Positions 23,101-35,690 of a stretch of 64,000 nucleotides of DNA are shown here, piece by piece; position 1 is the stretch's first letter; each line of letters starts with the position of its first letter. The notes under the pieces are model-generated. The model saw only the letters and a list, made by a program, of their open reading frames with translations. It was not told where the DNA came from and searched no databases. The position numbers were made by a program, and so were the translations under genes. Origin of the DNA: Mobula hypostoma (lineage: Eukaryota); NCBI RefSeq assembly GCF_963921235.1, contig NC_086097.1, forward strand, positions 65,474,001 to 65,538,000, read 5' to 3'.

Positions 23101-24474
23101 CCTTACTGACTGCTAACGAGCACCATTTTTTTCCTCTTCCATTGGTACTCAAGGGAATTGCACAATAGTTATGTTGGGGATCATCCTATTTTTCCCTGTT
23201 TCCATGTAGATGTAAAACTTCAGAAACTCGATATTTAGCCTCAACAGAGATCACTCTTCTGCAAACTTTTATTTTGCTTCAGCAACAAAGCTCACATTTC
23301 ACATCACAATTTAATTTAGAATTACATTGATTCGTTTTCCCCAAGTGCACAAATGTATTCCAGATTCTCAGTTGAGTATGCAGTTTATTCACATTCTTAA
23401 AATCTGAATTGTTTTTATAACACAGACTTGTTGAGGATTAGCCTCAAAAAAGTGTTGTTCTTTGCTAGTAAAGTGTTTTGCATTTAGGTTTCTGCAAAAC
23501 ATTTAAATTCAGTTCTGTATGATAATTACATTTAGAAGGTTTAGAAAATGGCAGAACCTGGTTTGTTGTCCTACACAATTTGCCACACAGTGACATCTTC
23601 CATCAGACAGACTCCCCATGTTACAGTAATTTCTTTCCGTTCTGCCCAAAATTATGATGAATGGTCAGAGCTCAATTCAATTATTTAAAAAGTGCAAAGA
23701 AACACTAAAACAATAAAACTGGCAATGTGAACTGCATTCTTAGGAACAATTTAAGCTAATTAGCATCAACTTCTCCCCCCATTCATCATACTCCTTAAGA
23801 AATATAAACAAACTGTCAGGTCTAACGTAACAAACAGATCACTGAGCTACTTAGCACAAATTATTCTTACATGAAAGCTCCTTCTCAGGCAATATTCTCC
23901 TCAAGGGCATTTGGGGAACTGAACTATTAAAATTGAAGACATATGTTTCAGTCAAACTCAACTCCCAGATTATAATGATCACTGTTGTGACAGTTTTCAG
24001 CCACCATGTATGATGTTGGAAATGTTGCATACTCAGATTTGATAACCCACTTTAGAATATCCTTAACTAAGCAGGCAATATCAATAAATGTTGGGTACTG
24101 ATAATAGTGAACAGAAGTTTAAAGCCTTTAATGATAGGCCTTAAATTTGTATGCTAAGCATATACAGAACAAGGGAACACAAAGTTAATTAAAATATATA
24201 ATGAAAAGGTTGATTAAATTTACCCTAACTTTGAAATAGTTGAGTCATTTCTGATTGAAAGTAACTAATTCTTTTTCTTCAATTGCTGCTCATCTCCATC
24301 GACTCTTACTTGATTCACTTAAGCAATTATTTGGTGGACTTTACTTTGACATATTGCAGCAAATGCAATTCATGTACAGTACCCATACATTGGATAGTTT
24401 AAAATATTATCAATGGATGTACAAACCACTTGCCTCATAATTTATTTGTGAGTAGTCTGGATAATGAGTAAAAA

Positions 24475-25664
24475 ATATAGATGAGGGTAGTGCAGTTGAT
24501 GTGATCTACATGGATTTTAGTAAGGCATTTGACAAGGTTCCACACGGTAGGCTTATTCAGAAAGTCAGAAGGCATGGGATCCAGGGAAGTTTGGCCATGT
24601 GGATTCAGAATTGGCTTGCCTGCAGAAAGCAGAGGGTCGTGGTGGAGGGAGTACATTCAGATTGGAGGGTTGTGACTAGTGGTGTCCCACAAGGATTGGC
24701 TCTGGGACCTCTACTTTTCGTGATTTTTATTAACAACCTGGATGTTGGGGTAGAAGGGTGGGTTGGCAAGTTTGCAAACGACACAAAGGTTGGTGGTGTT
24801 GTAGATAGTGTAGAGGATTGTCGAAGATTGCAGAGAGACATTGATAGGATGCAGAAGTGGGCTGAGAAGTGGCAGACGGAGTTCAACCCGGAGAAGTGTG
24901 AGGGTGTACACTTTAGAATGACAAACTCCAAAGCAGAGTACAAAGTAAATGGCAGGATACTTGAAAGTGTGGAGGAGCAGAGGGATCTGGGGGTACATGT
25001 CCACAGATCCCTGAAAGTTGCCTCAGAGGTAGATAGGGTAGTTAAGAAAGCTTACGAAGTGTTAGCTTTCATAAGTTGAGGGATAGAGTTTAAAAGTCAT
25101 GGGGTAATGGTGCAGCTCCACAAGACTCTGGTTAGGCAACACTTGGAGTACTGTGTCTAGTTCTGGTCGCCTCACTATAGGAAGGATGTAAAAGCATTGG
25201 GAAGGGTACAGAGGAGATTTATCAGGATGCTGCCTGGTTTAGAGAGTATGCATTATGATCAGAGATTAAGGGAGCTAGGGCTTTACTCTCTGGAGAGGAG
25301 GAGGATGAGAGGAGATATGATAGAGGTATACAAGATATTAAGAGGAACAGATAGAGTGGACAGCCAGCGCCTCTTCCCCAGGGCACCACTGCTCAATACA
25401 AGAGGAGATGGCTTTAAGGTAAGGGGTGGGAAGTTCAAGGAGGATATTAGAGGAAGGTTTTCTTACTCAGAGAGTGGTTAGTGTGTGGAATGCACTGCCT
25501 GAGTCAGTGATGGAGGCAGATACACAAGTGAAATTTAAGAGACTGCTAGACAGGTATATGGAGGAATTTAAGGTGGCAGGGGTTATATGGGAGGCAGGGT
25601 TTAAGGGTCAGCACAACATTGTGAGCCGAAGGGCTTGTACTGTGCTGTATTGTTCTATGTTCTA
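24475..25664 (+). mobile_element. 5'-truncated CR1 (RT to 3' end), same subfamily as 10876-15015 and 58705-62437
   Basis: ORF 24501-25079 reads YMDFSKAFDKVPH...GVPQG...FANDTK; ends gttctatgttcta. Confidence 0.97.
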
Positions 25665-26389
25665 AATTGGGCATTGGCTTAAGTCAATATTGTTTTTGTT
25701 TGGACATGAATGATCCACAAAACTGAAAATATTTGCACACAATATTAACAAGTCATTTGTTTTCTCTGAAAGTAAGCACAATGTCTTGCCATACGTAAAT
25801 TTATGTTCACATAAATAACCTGTATTATATATAAAGTACTACCTCATGTGTACAGGCACACAAACATTACAGGAAATCCTCTCCCATCCTTTACAAAAAA
25901 AAACAAATTATCCAATAAAACTGCCTATTTGCTGTCATTTAGAGAACTTTGAATGTTTAAAATTGTCCTGATCAACTGCCTAACCCTGGCAGAAATGCTG
26001 TTTATGCATCCAAGTAGGCGTCCACCAAAGTTATGGTGACCAATTACAGAAAACTCCAAAGGTAACAACATTATTCCCAGGTCAGTGTTGCAGATTGACA
26101 GCTGAGATGATTGTGAATTGTGTATGATGTAAGAGCCCCAGCAAGTAAAAGAATCATGGTTAGATACAACATTTCTAAATGCAGTATATGGAAAAAAATA
26201 AGAATTAAGCATTATGCACAAGGAAATAGATGTAATAAACACACGTTTTATTCTGTACATATTTCTCAAACAAGTCCATTCTTAATGTTTCCAGTGTACC
26301 AAAATTATTACTTATTTTGTAGTTTTACTGACAACTATAATCAAGTGCATCTCAGTTCACTAGAAACTCTGTAGTTCCATTTAAGCACT

Positions 26390-26632
26390 CTTCATCTCAT
26401 GTTCTCAATATTTATTGCTTATATACTTACTATTATTATTATTTCTTTTTGTATTTGCACAGCTTGTTGTCTTTTGCACACTAGCTGAATGCCCAAGTAG
26501 GTACGGTCTTTCTTTGATTCCATTAGTTATTATTCTATTATGGCCTTATTGAGTATGCTCGCAAGAAAATGAACCTCAGGGTTTATACGGTGACATCCAC
26601 GTACTTTGATAATAAATTTACTTTGAACTTTG
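26390..26632 (+). mobile_element. Rex1-type 3' UTR fragment
   Basis: Homologous to 16800-17037; ends aataaatttactttgaactttg. Confidence 0.8.
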
Positions 26633-27136
26633 GATCAAAAAATGATACTGCCTGACGCAGGGAATTTATCAGCACCTGACGTTGCACGGCATGGAGAAAA
26701 AGAATTGAATCAATGTAGAAAGCTCTTCCGTCAAGATAACACTTGTGGAATGAAGCACATGGTTATCCTCAAAAATCAGTACACTGTACAGATACAAGTA
26801 TTCTACAAAATATCAGATAGTTCCAGGTCTATTTCAGAAGTATGCTACTTAAAGGGAAATTATAGGCTGCAGATTGCAACGACAGTAGTTCAGAAGTATA
26901 TCAAGAAATTTTGTGAGGCACCCTCAAACTGTTGCCACGCATCTCCAGTGCTGTCTTGGTCAACCAATGGCGATTTGAGGATAATGTGTCCATTAAATGT
27001 TTGCAGCTACTCTACGTGCGAGGAATTCCAATATCCCAGATGGAAAAAAACACAACAGTTTGGGATTTACTTACAGTAAGGAATTTGTCATTCTGTAAGA
27101 AGATCATTCATTTTATGAAATAGACTGCAAGTCACA

Positions 27137-27351
27137 GTTCAAAGTTCAAAGTAAATGTATTATCAAAGTACAATTATGTCACCATATACAACACTGAGAT
27201 TCCTTTTCTTGCAGGCAGACAAATCCAAGAAACAATATATTCAACGAAAGATCACACCCAACAGGACAGTCATACAATCAATGTGCAAAAGACAACAAAT
27301 TGTGCAAATACAAAAGAGAAAAAATAAATAATAAATAAGCAATATCAAGAA
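27137..27351 (-). mobile_element. Rex1-type 3' UTR fragment, continued at about 29895-29937
   Basis: gttcaaagttcaaagtaaat tail. The next block in intact copies (aagagtccttgaaagtgagtccataggttgtgg, cf. 15585-15615) reappears at 29896. Confidence 0.75.
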
Positions 27352-27359
27352 CCTTTTAA

Positions 27360-27905
27360 TTGAAGATGGCGCTGCTGACGTTGTGCAACAGGTAGTTCAG
27401 AAGGCAAGAAATACAACCAAATACATTACAAATAACACCTTTTTGGATGTAAATTGTGGTCAATTATCACTGCAAACAATGAAGAAGCAAGCAGAGGCGA
27501 AGCTGATTCAAAGGATGAGCTGTACTGGTGTATCACAAAGCCGAAATGCAACGTGTTCAGGATGGGGTCGCAGATAGAGTTAGTATTGCTGTTCCTGTTG
27601 GAGTGAACGATTTGGAGAGGAGTTGATGCAGAGGAATTTTGATGCCTGTCTAATTTGGTTGCAAGGTTAAATCACTCCAAGCGCCGAGCTGATTTGGTGA
27701 GATCAAGAATGACTTCGAGGTGTGCAGTCCAGGTGTGTTACTTGGCTGGAATCCGAGTTCCAGAGCATGGCACTACCTGGTCTTTGGACAATTTAAATGC
27801 CAGCCCAGCTGAACTGAAAATCTTGAGTATTGGGACTGGAGCCGAAGGTCAGCTGATTTTGCTTGCTCTCCCATGATGTTCATTTCTTGTTTCAGTGGCT
27901 GTTGT
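27360..27905 (+). mobile_element. Probable 5' part of a non-LTR element starting aagatggcg
   Basis: Abrupt start at the YY1-type aagatggcg motif, higher GC, and position inside a split Rex1 tail. No protein motif found. Confidence 0.45.
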
Positions 27906-27909
27906 CTCT

Positions 27910-29890
27910 GCAACTTCTTTTTCTTCTGAATGCCAGTGAATACAGGCCAAGAGCCATTAAAGGCTCTTCATATGACAAGCCATTCAATTCTGGAATTATT
28001 TTCATGAACCTCCTTTGAACACTCTCCAGTTTCAGCACATTTTTTCTAAGATAAAGGGTCCAAAACCGTTCACAATACTCCAAGTGAGGCCTCACCATTG
28101 CTTTATGACATCTCAACATCACATCCTTGCTTTTTATATTCTAGTCCTCTTGAACTGAATGCTAACATTTCATACGCCTTCCGCACCAGAGTCAACCTGC
28201 AAAGTAACCTTTAGAGAATCCTGCACTAGCTCCCAAGTCCCTTTATGCCTCAGTTTTTTGTATTTCCTCTCCATTTAGAAATAGACAATCCCTTCATTTC
28301 TTCTACCAAAGTGCACGACCTTACACTTCGCAACACTGTATTCCTTCTACCATTTCTTTGCTCATTTTCTTAATCTAAGCTCTTCTGTCTCCTACTTCAA
28401 AACTACTTGCCCCTCCACCTATCTTCACATTGTCTGCAAGCTCTGCAACAAAGCCATCATCCAAATCATTGTCATATAATGTAAAAAGAATCTGTCCCAA
28501 CACAGGCCTTGTGGAACGCTACGGGTCACTGGCGGCCAACCAGAAAAAGCTGCCTTTATTCCCACTCTCTTCCTCCTGCCAATCAGCCATTGCTTTATCC
28601 ATGCTAGAATCATTCCTGTAATACCATGGGCTTGTAGAATGTTAAGCAGCCTCATTTGTGATACCTTGTCAAAGGCCTTCTGAAAATCCAAGCAACATCA
28701 ACAGATCCTCCTTTGTCTATCCTGTTTGTTATTTCTTTAAAGAATTCCAACAGATTTGTCAGGCAAGATTTTCCCTTGCATAAGCCATGCTGACTATGGC
28801 CTATTTTATCATGTGCCTCCAAGTACCCAGACCTCATCCATAATAATTGACTCCAACATCTTCCCGATCACTGAGGGCAGACTAACTGGCCTATAGTTTC
28901 TTTTCTTCTGCCTCTCTCCCTTCTTGAAGAGTGGAGTGACACTTGTAATTTTCCAGTCTTCTGGAACCATTCCAGAATCTAGTGATTCTTGAAAGATCAT
29001 TACTAATGCCTAACCAATCTCTTCAGCCACCTCTTTCAGAACCCTGGGGTGTACACCATCTGGTCCAGATGACTTATCTATCTTCAGACCTTTCAGTTTC
29101 CAGACAACCTTCTCCCTAGTTATGGTAATTTCACACATTTCATGACCTCTGGCACCTGGAACTTCCATCATACTGCTGGTGTCTACCATAGTAAAGACTG
29201 ATACAAAATACTTATTCAATTCACCTGTCCCCTGTCACTACCTCCCTAGCATAGTTCACCAGCAGTCTGATATCCACTCTCGCCTCTCTTTTACATTTTA
29301 TATATCTGAAGAAACTTTTGATATCCTCTTTAATATTATTGGTTAGCTTATTTTCACATTCCATCTTTATCTTAGTTTTTTAGTTGCCTTCTGTTGGCTT
29401 TTAAAGTTTCCCAATCACTAATTTTGCTCTATTATATGCTTTCTCTTTGGCTTTTATGTTGGCTTTGACTTCTCTTGTTAGCTACGGTTGTGTCTTCTTT
29501 CCTTTAGAATACTTCTTCCTCTTTGGGACCTATGTACCCTGTGCCTTCCCAAATTGCTTCCTCAAATTCCAGCCATTGTTGCTCTGCTGTCATTCCTGCC
29601 AGTGTTCTTTTCCAGTCAAGTCTGGCCAACTCCTCTCTCATACCTCTGTAATTCCCTTTATTCCACTGTGGTACTGATACATCTGCCTTTAGCTTCTCCT
29701 TCTCAAATTTCAGGGTGAATTCGATCATATTTTGATCACTTTCCCCTCAGGGTTATTTAGCTATCTTTTCAATTCTGGTTCATTACACAACACCCAATCC
29801 AGAGTAGCTGATACCCTAGTGCACTCAACCACAAGCTGCTCTAAAAAGCCAGCTCATTGACACTCTAGAAATTCCACCTCCTGGAATCCA
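27910..29890 (-). mobile_element. Older CR1 fragment (APE end to RT end) with internal deletions
   Basis: MIEFTLKFEKE, KSSGPDGVHPRVLKE, NYRPVSL, DFQKAFDKVS and VRPHLEYC in order on the minus strand. Confidence 0.95.
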
Positions 29891-30149
29891 GCAGCAAGAG
29901 TCCTTGAAAGTGAGTCCATAGGTTGTGGAAACAGTTCTCCAAATTGACTAGTGCAAATAAATTACAGGTGAACCCCCCCCCCCCAACCCAACCCCCAATG
30001 TTATGGCTCTTATGGTTACAGAAATTCCCCGTTACAGATGTCAAAATCACAGCCTAAAAATTTGAAATGGGGAATTAAATTCATTCTTATTGAATTAATG
30101 TGAACTAAAGTGAAGCCTAGTGTCATGAAAATAGCCATTCCCTCAATGA

Positions 30150-30685
30150 CTGTTGAACAAACGGTCATTGACTTCAGGAAGGTAGAGGTGTGGCAATGCA
30201 CGTTCCTTTTTACATCAATAGTGCTGAGGTCAAGGAGGTTGAAATCTTCAAGTTCCTAGGATGAACATCACCAATAGCTTGTCCTGGTCCAAACACAAAG
30301 ATAGCAAAGACAAGAAAGTGCATTAGAGCTTCAACTTCTGCAGGAGGCTAAATAAATTCGGCATGTCCTCTTTGATCCTCACCAATTTTTAAAGGTTTAC
30401 CATAAAAAGCATTATGATCTGGATGCATGATGGTTTGATATGGCAACTGTTCTGCTCATGACTGCAAGCAATTGCAGAGAGCTGTGAACACTATTAGTAC
30501 ATCATAGAAACAACCTCCCCTCCATAGACTCTGTCTACACTTCTCACTGCATTGATAAAGCAGCGTCAGAATCAAAGACCCCACCCAATCCCAGACATTC
30601 TCTTTTCTTTCCCTTCCCATCCAGCAGAAAAACCTGAAAGCATGTACCACCAGGCTCAAGGACAGCTTCTATCCTGCTGTAATAA
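30150..30685 (+). mobile_element. Rex1/Babar 3' coding fragment
   Basis: Decayed VIDFRK, WFDMATVL/YGNCS region, LQRAVN and TTRLKDSFYPAVI motifs. Confidence 0.82.
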
Positions 30686-31352
30686 GAAGAGAGAGGAGGA
30701 GGGGTACCAGCGGGAGGTGATAGGCGGGTGAGAAGAAAAGATTGAGTGAGAGGGAAGCCAGAATGTGGAATGGAAAAAGGGAGGAAAGAGAGAGGGGAGA
30801 AATTACCATAAGAGAAATCAATGTCCATGGTGTCTGGTTGCAAGCTAACCAAACAGAATATGAGGTATTGCTCCTCCAACCAGAGAGTGGCCTCATCATG
30901 GCAGTAGAGGAGACAATGGACATGTTGAAATGGAAATGGACAGTGGAATTAAAACGGTTGGCCACTGGAAATTCCTGCTTGTGCTGATGGAGTGAAGGCA
31001 CGACAATCAAGGACCTTCGCTCCATCTGCAACAGTCAAGCACCTTTGTTCTGTCTGCAACCTTTTTACTCCTCCTTTCTAATGACTTGCTTATCATCTCC
31101 CTCTGGTGCTTCTCCTCCTTACCTTTCTCCCATGGTCCAGTCTCCTCACCTACCACCTTCTAGCTTGTACTCCTTCATCATTCCCACCTCCTTATTCTAA
31201 CTTCTTACCTCATCCATTCCACTAATGATGAAGGGTCTCAGCCCAAAACATTGGCTCTTTATTCCTCTCCACAGATTCTGCCTAACCTGCTAAGTTCCTC
31301 AAATATTTTGTGTGCGTTACTCTGGATTTCCAGTTTCTGCAGAATCTTGAGT
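30686..31352. mobile_element. Penelope-like relic with inverted arms (minus about 30686-31030; plus about 31070-31352)
   Basis: Minus ORFs PVANRFNS and EEQYLIFCLVSLQPDTMDIDFS (end of the GIY-YIG ORF). The plus arm carries the decayed hammerhead tgatgaagggtctcagcccaaaac. Confidence 0.82.
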
Positions 31353-31779
31353 TTAAAATTAACACAAAACTTGTTTTATTCAACTTATCTGTCTTAATGT
31401 GTGTGCAGTTGATGCAGCTGTGCATCAGGGAAAAGCTCAAAACTGACTACCTACTAGGACCACATACCCCTACACAAAATGCAAGATTGTCTGTATGAGG
31501 GAAAATTAATAGTGCTGTTAGAAAGTTTCCTGATTTCTAGAGCTATTGAAAGTGAACCATCATACTTCTGGTAAAGTGAAGCAATTCTTACATATCTGAA
31601 ATATATTCATTCTCAATTATTCTCATTTCAGCAAAAATATCTAAATATGTGATCTAGCTACAAAAATGTCCCATGTGCATTCCTAAACTAGTGAAAGGGT
31701 GCAAACTTTTTATTAAATATATTAAGAGTAGTTCTTATGAAGGATCCCAGCAAATAGTAATAGAATCATACAGCTTAGA

Positions 31780-32020
31780 AAAAGGCACTTCTGTCACCAA
31801 TTGCTCCCTGACACCATCTTTACACTAAATCAATTTTATTCTCCCAACATTCCCATCAATTTTGGACCATGAATTCCCACACTCCTGAGATTTTATCATT
31901 CACCTGCAATGTTTGGGATGAGGCGAGAAAACACAGAATCCAGAGGATACCTAACCAATCAGAGAGAAGGTGGAAACTACACAGAGAATGGAGAGTGAGA
32001 ACTTCTCAACCAATTCCTAT
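31780..32020 (-). mobile_element. Degenerate V-SINE-like element
   Basis: tgtttgggatgaggcgagaaaacacagaatccagaggatacc...gagaaggtggaaactacacaga resembles the V-domain reverse complement. Confidence 0.55.
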
Positions 32021-32114
32021 CCACGTATGCAAAGGCTCGTCAACAAATGGTTCACAAGACTGCTTGAGAGTCCAGATAATGCAAAATGTTTACGTCACAC
32101 TGGATTTGTATATA

Positions 32115-33048
32115 AAACATAGAACATCAACTAGTACAGCACAAGCTAATGCACATTGGCCCACATGCCAAGAAATCACAATACAAATTTATATTTGCCA
32201 GCACATGTTCAACATTCCTCCATTCCTTGCCTATCCATGTGTTTATTATACATTACGCCTCTTAAACATTATCATATATGCTTCCACTATTTCCCCTGGC
32301 AATATGTTGCAGACAGCTACCACTCTGTAAAACAAAAACTGCCACTCAGATCACTTTTAAACTTCCCACCCTCACCTTAAAGTTATGGCCTCTAGTATAT
32401 GACATCTCCATGCAGGGATAAAAGACTATTTACTCTATATAGTCTATCATCTGTTCTGTCAGCCTGCAACGCGCAACAGAAGATCTTCCAAGGTTGTCCA
32501 ACCTCTCCTTACAGCTAATGCTCCCTAATCCAGGCAACGGCACAATGAATCCTTTGTGTGCCCTGTACAAAACCTTCATGCCCATCACAGAATGCCATGA
32601 CAATACACAATACTCCAAATGTAGACTAATCCAAGTTTTATATAACTGAAACATAACTTGCTGACTTTCATATTCAACACACTGACTGAAGGAGGTAGGG
32701 CCATTGTATGCCTTTTTACCACCCTATCTATTTGTATTGCCACACTTACAATTCTGCCAATATTTGTGTCATCCGCAAACTTATTCAGCAACCACCTAGA
32801 TTTCTGTCTAAGACATTCATATATAATCACAAATAAGTGTGGAGCAGCAGCGATTGTTGACACCACTAGTCATATGCTTTCAATCAGAATAACACTGTCC
32901 TGTCTTTCTGGCCAAGACGATATTGAACCCAGTCTAACAAGCCTCCATAGATCTCATATGCCTTAATCTACTGGATCAGCTTACCATGTGGTACCTTTTT
33001 GAAAGTTTTACTAAAACACATGTATACAATATCCACTGCACAACTATC
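32115..33048 (-). mobile_element. Old CR1 3' portion with deletions
   Basis: NKFADDTNIG and QLYKTWISLHLEYCV motifs; aaacatagaaca tail at about 32115. Confidence 0.9.
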
Positions 33049-33702
33049 ATATAGATCAGGAGGCAGATTTCTTTTTAAAAAAGGACACTAATGAATGCAG
33101 TTTTTACATCAATCCAATAACTTCATTGTTGCTTTATGTTTTTCCTTCTGCATTTTAATAACTGAATTCTATAGGCATAATTTACCATGCTAGGATTAAA
33201 AATAAACATCTCCAAATTATTAGCAAGGCCCATTGCAGCAGTACTCCAGAAACATAGATGACACTTAAGTATATCAATTTACAAGTGTGAGAATAAGAAG
33301 CACATATTTAATCCACAATGCATATAATAAGTAAAACATTCAAAGTCATATCAAAAATTCTTATGAACTATGCAACTAATTTGTTAAAGTTCTTACACTG
33401 TCTTTGTACCTTTCATTTTTGTCGCATTATACTAATTTAAAGTATAATTAATACACTGTCATATAACTGCAACTTCTGTCAAATAGATTTAATAGGGGTC
33501 ATCAGCTTATAATAGATTCTTCAAAAATGTGAAAATGTGTGAAAGAATAAACAGCAGAGCTAAAGAAATGAGGGGAGAATGTGACTCCACTCTTGGGAGC
33601 TGGCATAGATACAATGGCTTTTTTTATATATACTGTAGTAAGTAAATATTACTTCGTGGAATATTAAAATCCCTTTTACTTCTACCCTCATAATGTACTT
33701 TT

Positions 33703-33807
33703 CCATAAGACCACAGGACATCAGAGCAGAATTAGGGTATTCAGTACATTCAGTCCGCTCCACCATTCCATCATGACTGATTTATTATCCCTCTCAACCT
33801 CAATCTC
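33703..33807 (-). mobile_element. CR1 3' end fragment
   Basis: ccataagacca...gagcagaattagg...gctccaccattccatcatg is the reverse complement of the 3' end seen at 34915-35012. Confidence 0.8.
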
Positions 33808-34053
33808 ATTTTCATCAACAATTCAAACATCTTTTATAATAAACAGAAGATTGTGATTTTTTAAAAATTTATTCCACAATTTTAGAAAAGTATGAATTAT
33901 TACATGGCAGTGCAATGAACATGTGAAGGCAAAATTCAAGTAATCACCTGAGTGTTTAACAGTGATGGTAAACATATTTCCATGGATGAAGTACAATTGG
34001 TAGTATTTCTTAAAACTGTGTAATCAAGAGAATGAGGAAGTAAAATACATTTT

Positions 34054-34115
34054 AGAAACATAGAAAACCTAGAGCACAATACAAGCCCGTCGGCCCACAA
34101 AGCTGTGCTGAACAT
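34054..34115 (-). mobile_element. CR1 3' end fragment
   Basis: agaaacatagaaaacctagagcacaatacaagcccgtcggcccacaaag. Confidence 0.8.
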
Positions 34116-34804
34116 CTTGTTTTAGAAAATTTCTTTGAACTGATTATTGAAAAACAAAAATCAGCAAATTAATTGTGAGATAAAGAGAAAGTATACATTA
34201 CACAACTCAAACTTAGTTTAACCAATGTAAGTTCACCAAGAATTTAATTCATTGATATTTTATTCTCTGTTCCAAAATCCCATGATGTCTTGCATGCAAT
34301 TTTAGATCTTGAATAGAGTAAATGAAATTGTGCCAGAATTGTATATATTTCATGTGCAATTTTCATCCCATTAAGCTGGTGTAAAAGACCAGAAAAATTA
34401 ACACAGAACTGGTATTTATGCAGATAACCCTAAAGAGGGTTAGCTATTTAAAAAGTACAGAACACCAATCAAGATGGCTTCAGGACATGTTCCTCTATGG
34501 ATACCGCCAAGAAAAAATAAAGAACAAGGAAAAAGAACCTTCATAATCATGCTTGCATTAGAAGTTTTATAGTTTTTTTTTTAATGACTATAACTTTTGA
34601 GTATAATCAAAGTTATTGATAGATTTAAGGAGTTGGTTTGAATACTACTGCAGTTTCTGGTTTTGTATCACATGCAGTAGCCAATTCAGAAGTAAGACTG
34701 AGTCAGGATTAAGCAGAAAGCAATCTAGAGCTTGAGCAGTTAAAATCAGCAGTGACAAGCGAAAGATGGAAAAGATAATGGAAATGGAGACTTGCACCAA
34801 GGAT

Positions 34805-35012
34805 AATGTGGTGAATCTGTGGAATTCACTGCCACAGATGGCTGTGGAGACCAAGTCATTGGGTATACTTAAAGCAAAGGTTGATCAGTAAGGTTACAGA
34901 AAGAAGGCAAGAGAATGGGATTGAGAGAGATAAAAATCTGCCATGATTGAATGGTGGAGCAGACTCAATGGGCCAAATAGCCCAATTCTACTCCAATATT
35001 TTCTGGTCTTAT
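34805..35012 (+). mobile_element. CR1 3' end fragment
   Basis: gtggtgaatctgtggaattcactgccacag...tggtggagcagactcaatgggcc. Confidence 0.85.
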
Positions 35013-35400
35013 AATGGCATCTCTTCTTCTAAATATTAGACAGCTATTCACCTTTCCACCTTTGATATGAGAAATTCGTACACTATGAGAACACAATAAA
35101 AATCAAATCACATAAAATCATTTATTATGTGTCTATATTTTATACTTTAGCATTAATGTGCCAATTGATACTCTATGTATTTAAGTAGTGCATACAGAAG
35201 TTTCAGCAAACGATAAATATGCCACAACATATTCATATCCCATACATGAGAAATTCTGCAGATGCACTTTCCTGTAATGTTTTGCATTACACTGTATCTC
35301 CTTCTTAAGGGAAAAAATACTAATTACTATTTAAGCACACTGAACTTAAATTTACACCTCTACTTCCAAAGTAAAATTTAAAGTCAATATGCTATTCTAA

Positions 35401-35540
35401 CTCAGATCAGGCAGCATCTATGAAAATGAATAAGGTCAACATTACAGACGAGAAGAGTCTTGTACCAAAACGCTGACTGCTTATTCATTTCCGTAGATGC
35501 TGCCTGACCTGTTGAGTTCCTCCATCATTTTGAGTATGTG
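35401..35540. mobile_element. Miniature Penelope pLTR fold-back: inverted arms around a decayed hammerhead
   Basis: cagatcaggcagcatctatgaaaatgaataag (from 35403) is inverted to cttattcatttccgtagatgctgcctgacctg (to about 35511). Confidence 0.8.
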
Positions 35541-35690
35541 TTAATATGCAATTCTGTTGAGACCTTGCCTTCAAATTAAAAACAAGGAATAAGTGTAAAA
35601 ATGCTTTTGAAGTTATTTTTTGACTTATTCAAAAAAGTGCTTGCAACTTCCGCAATCCACACATCAAATCTCACTTATATAACATGTATG

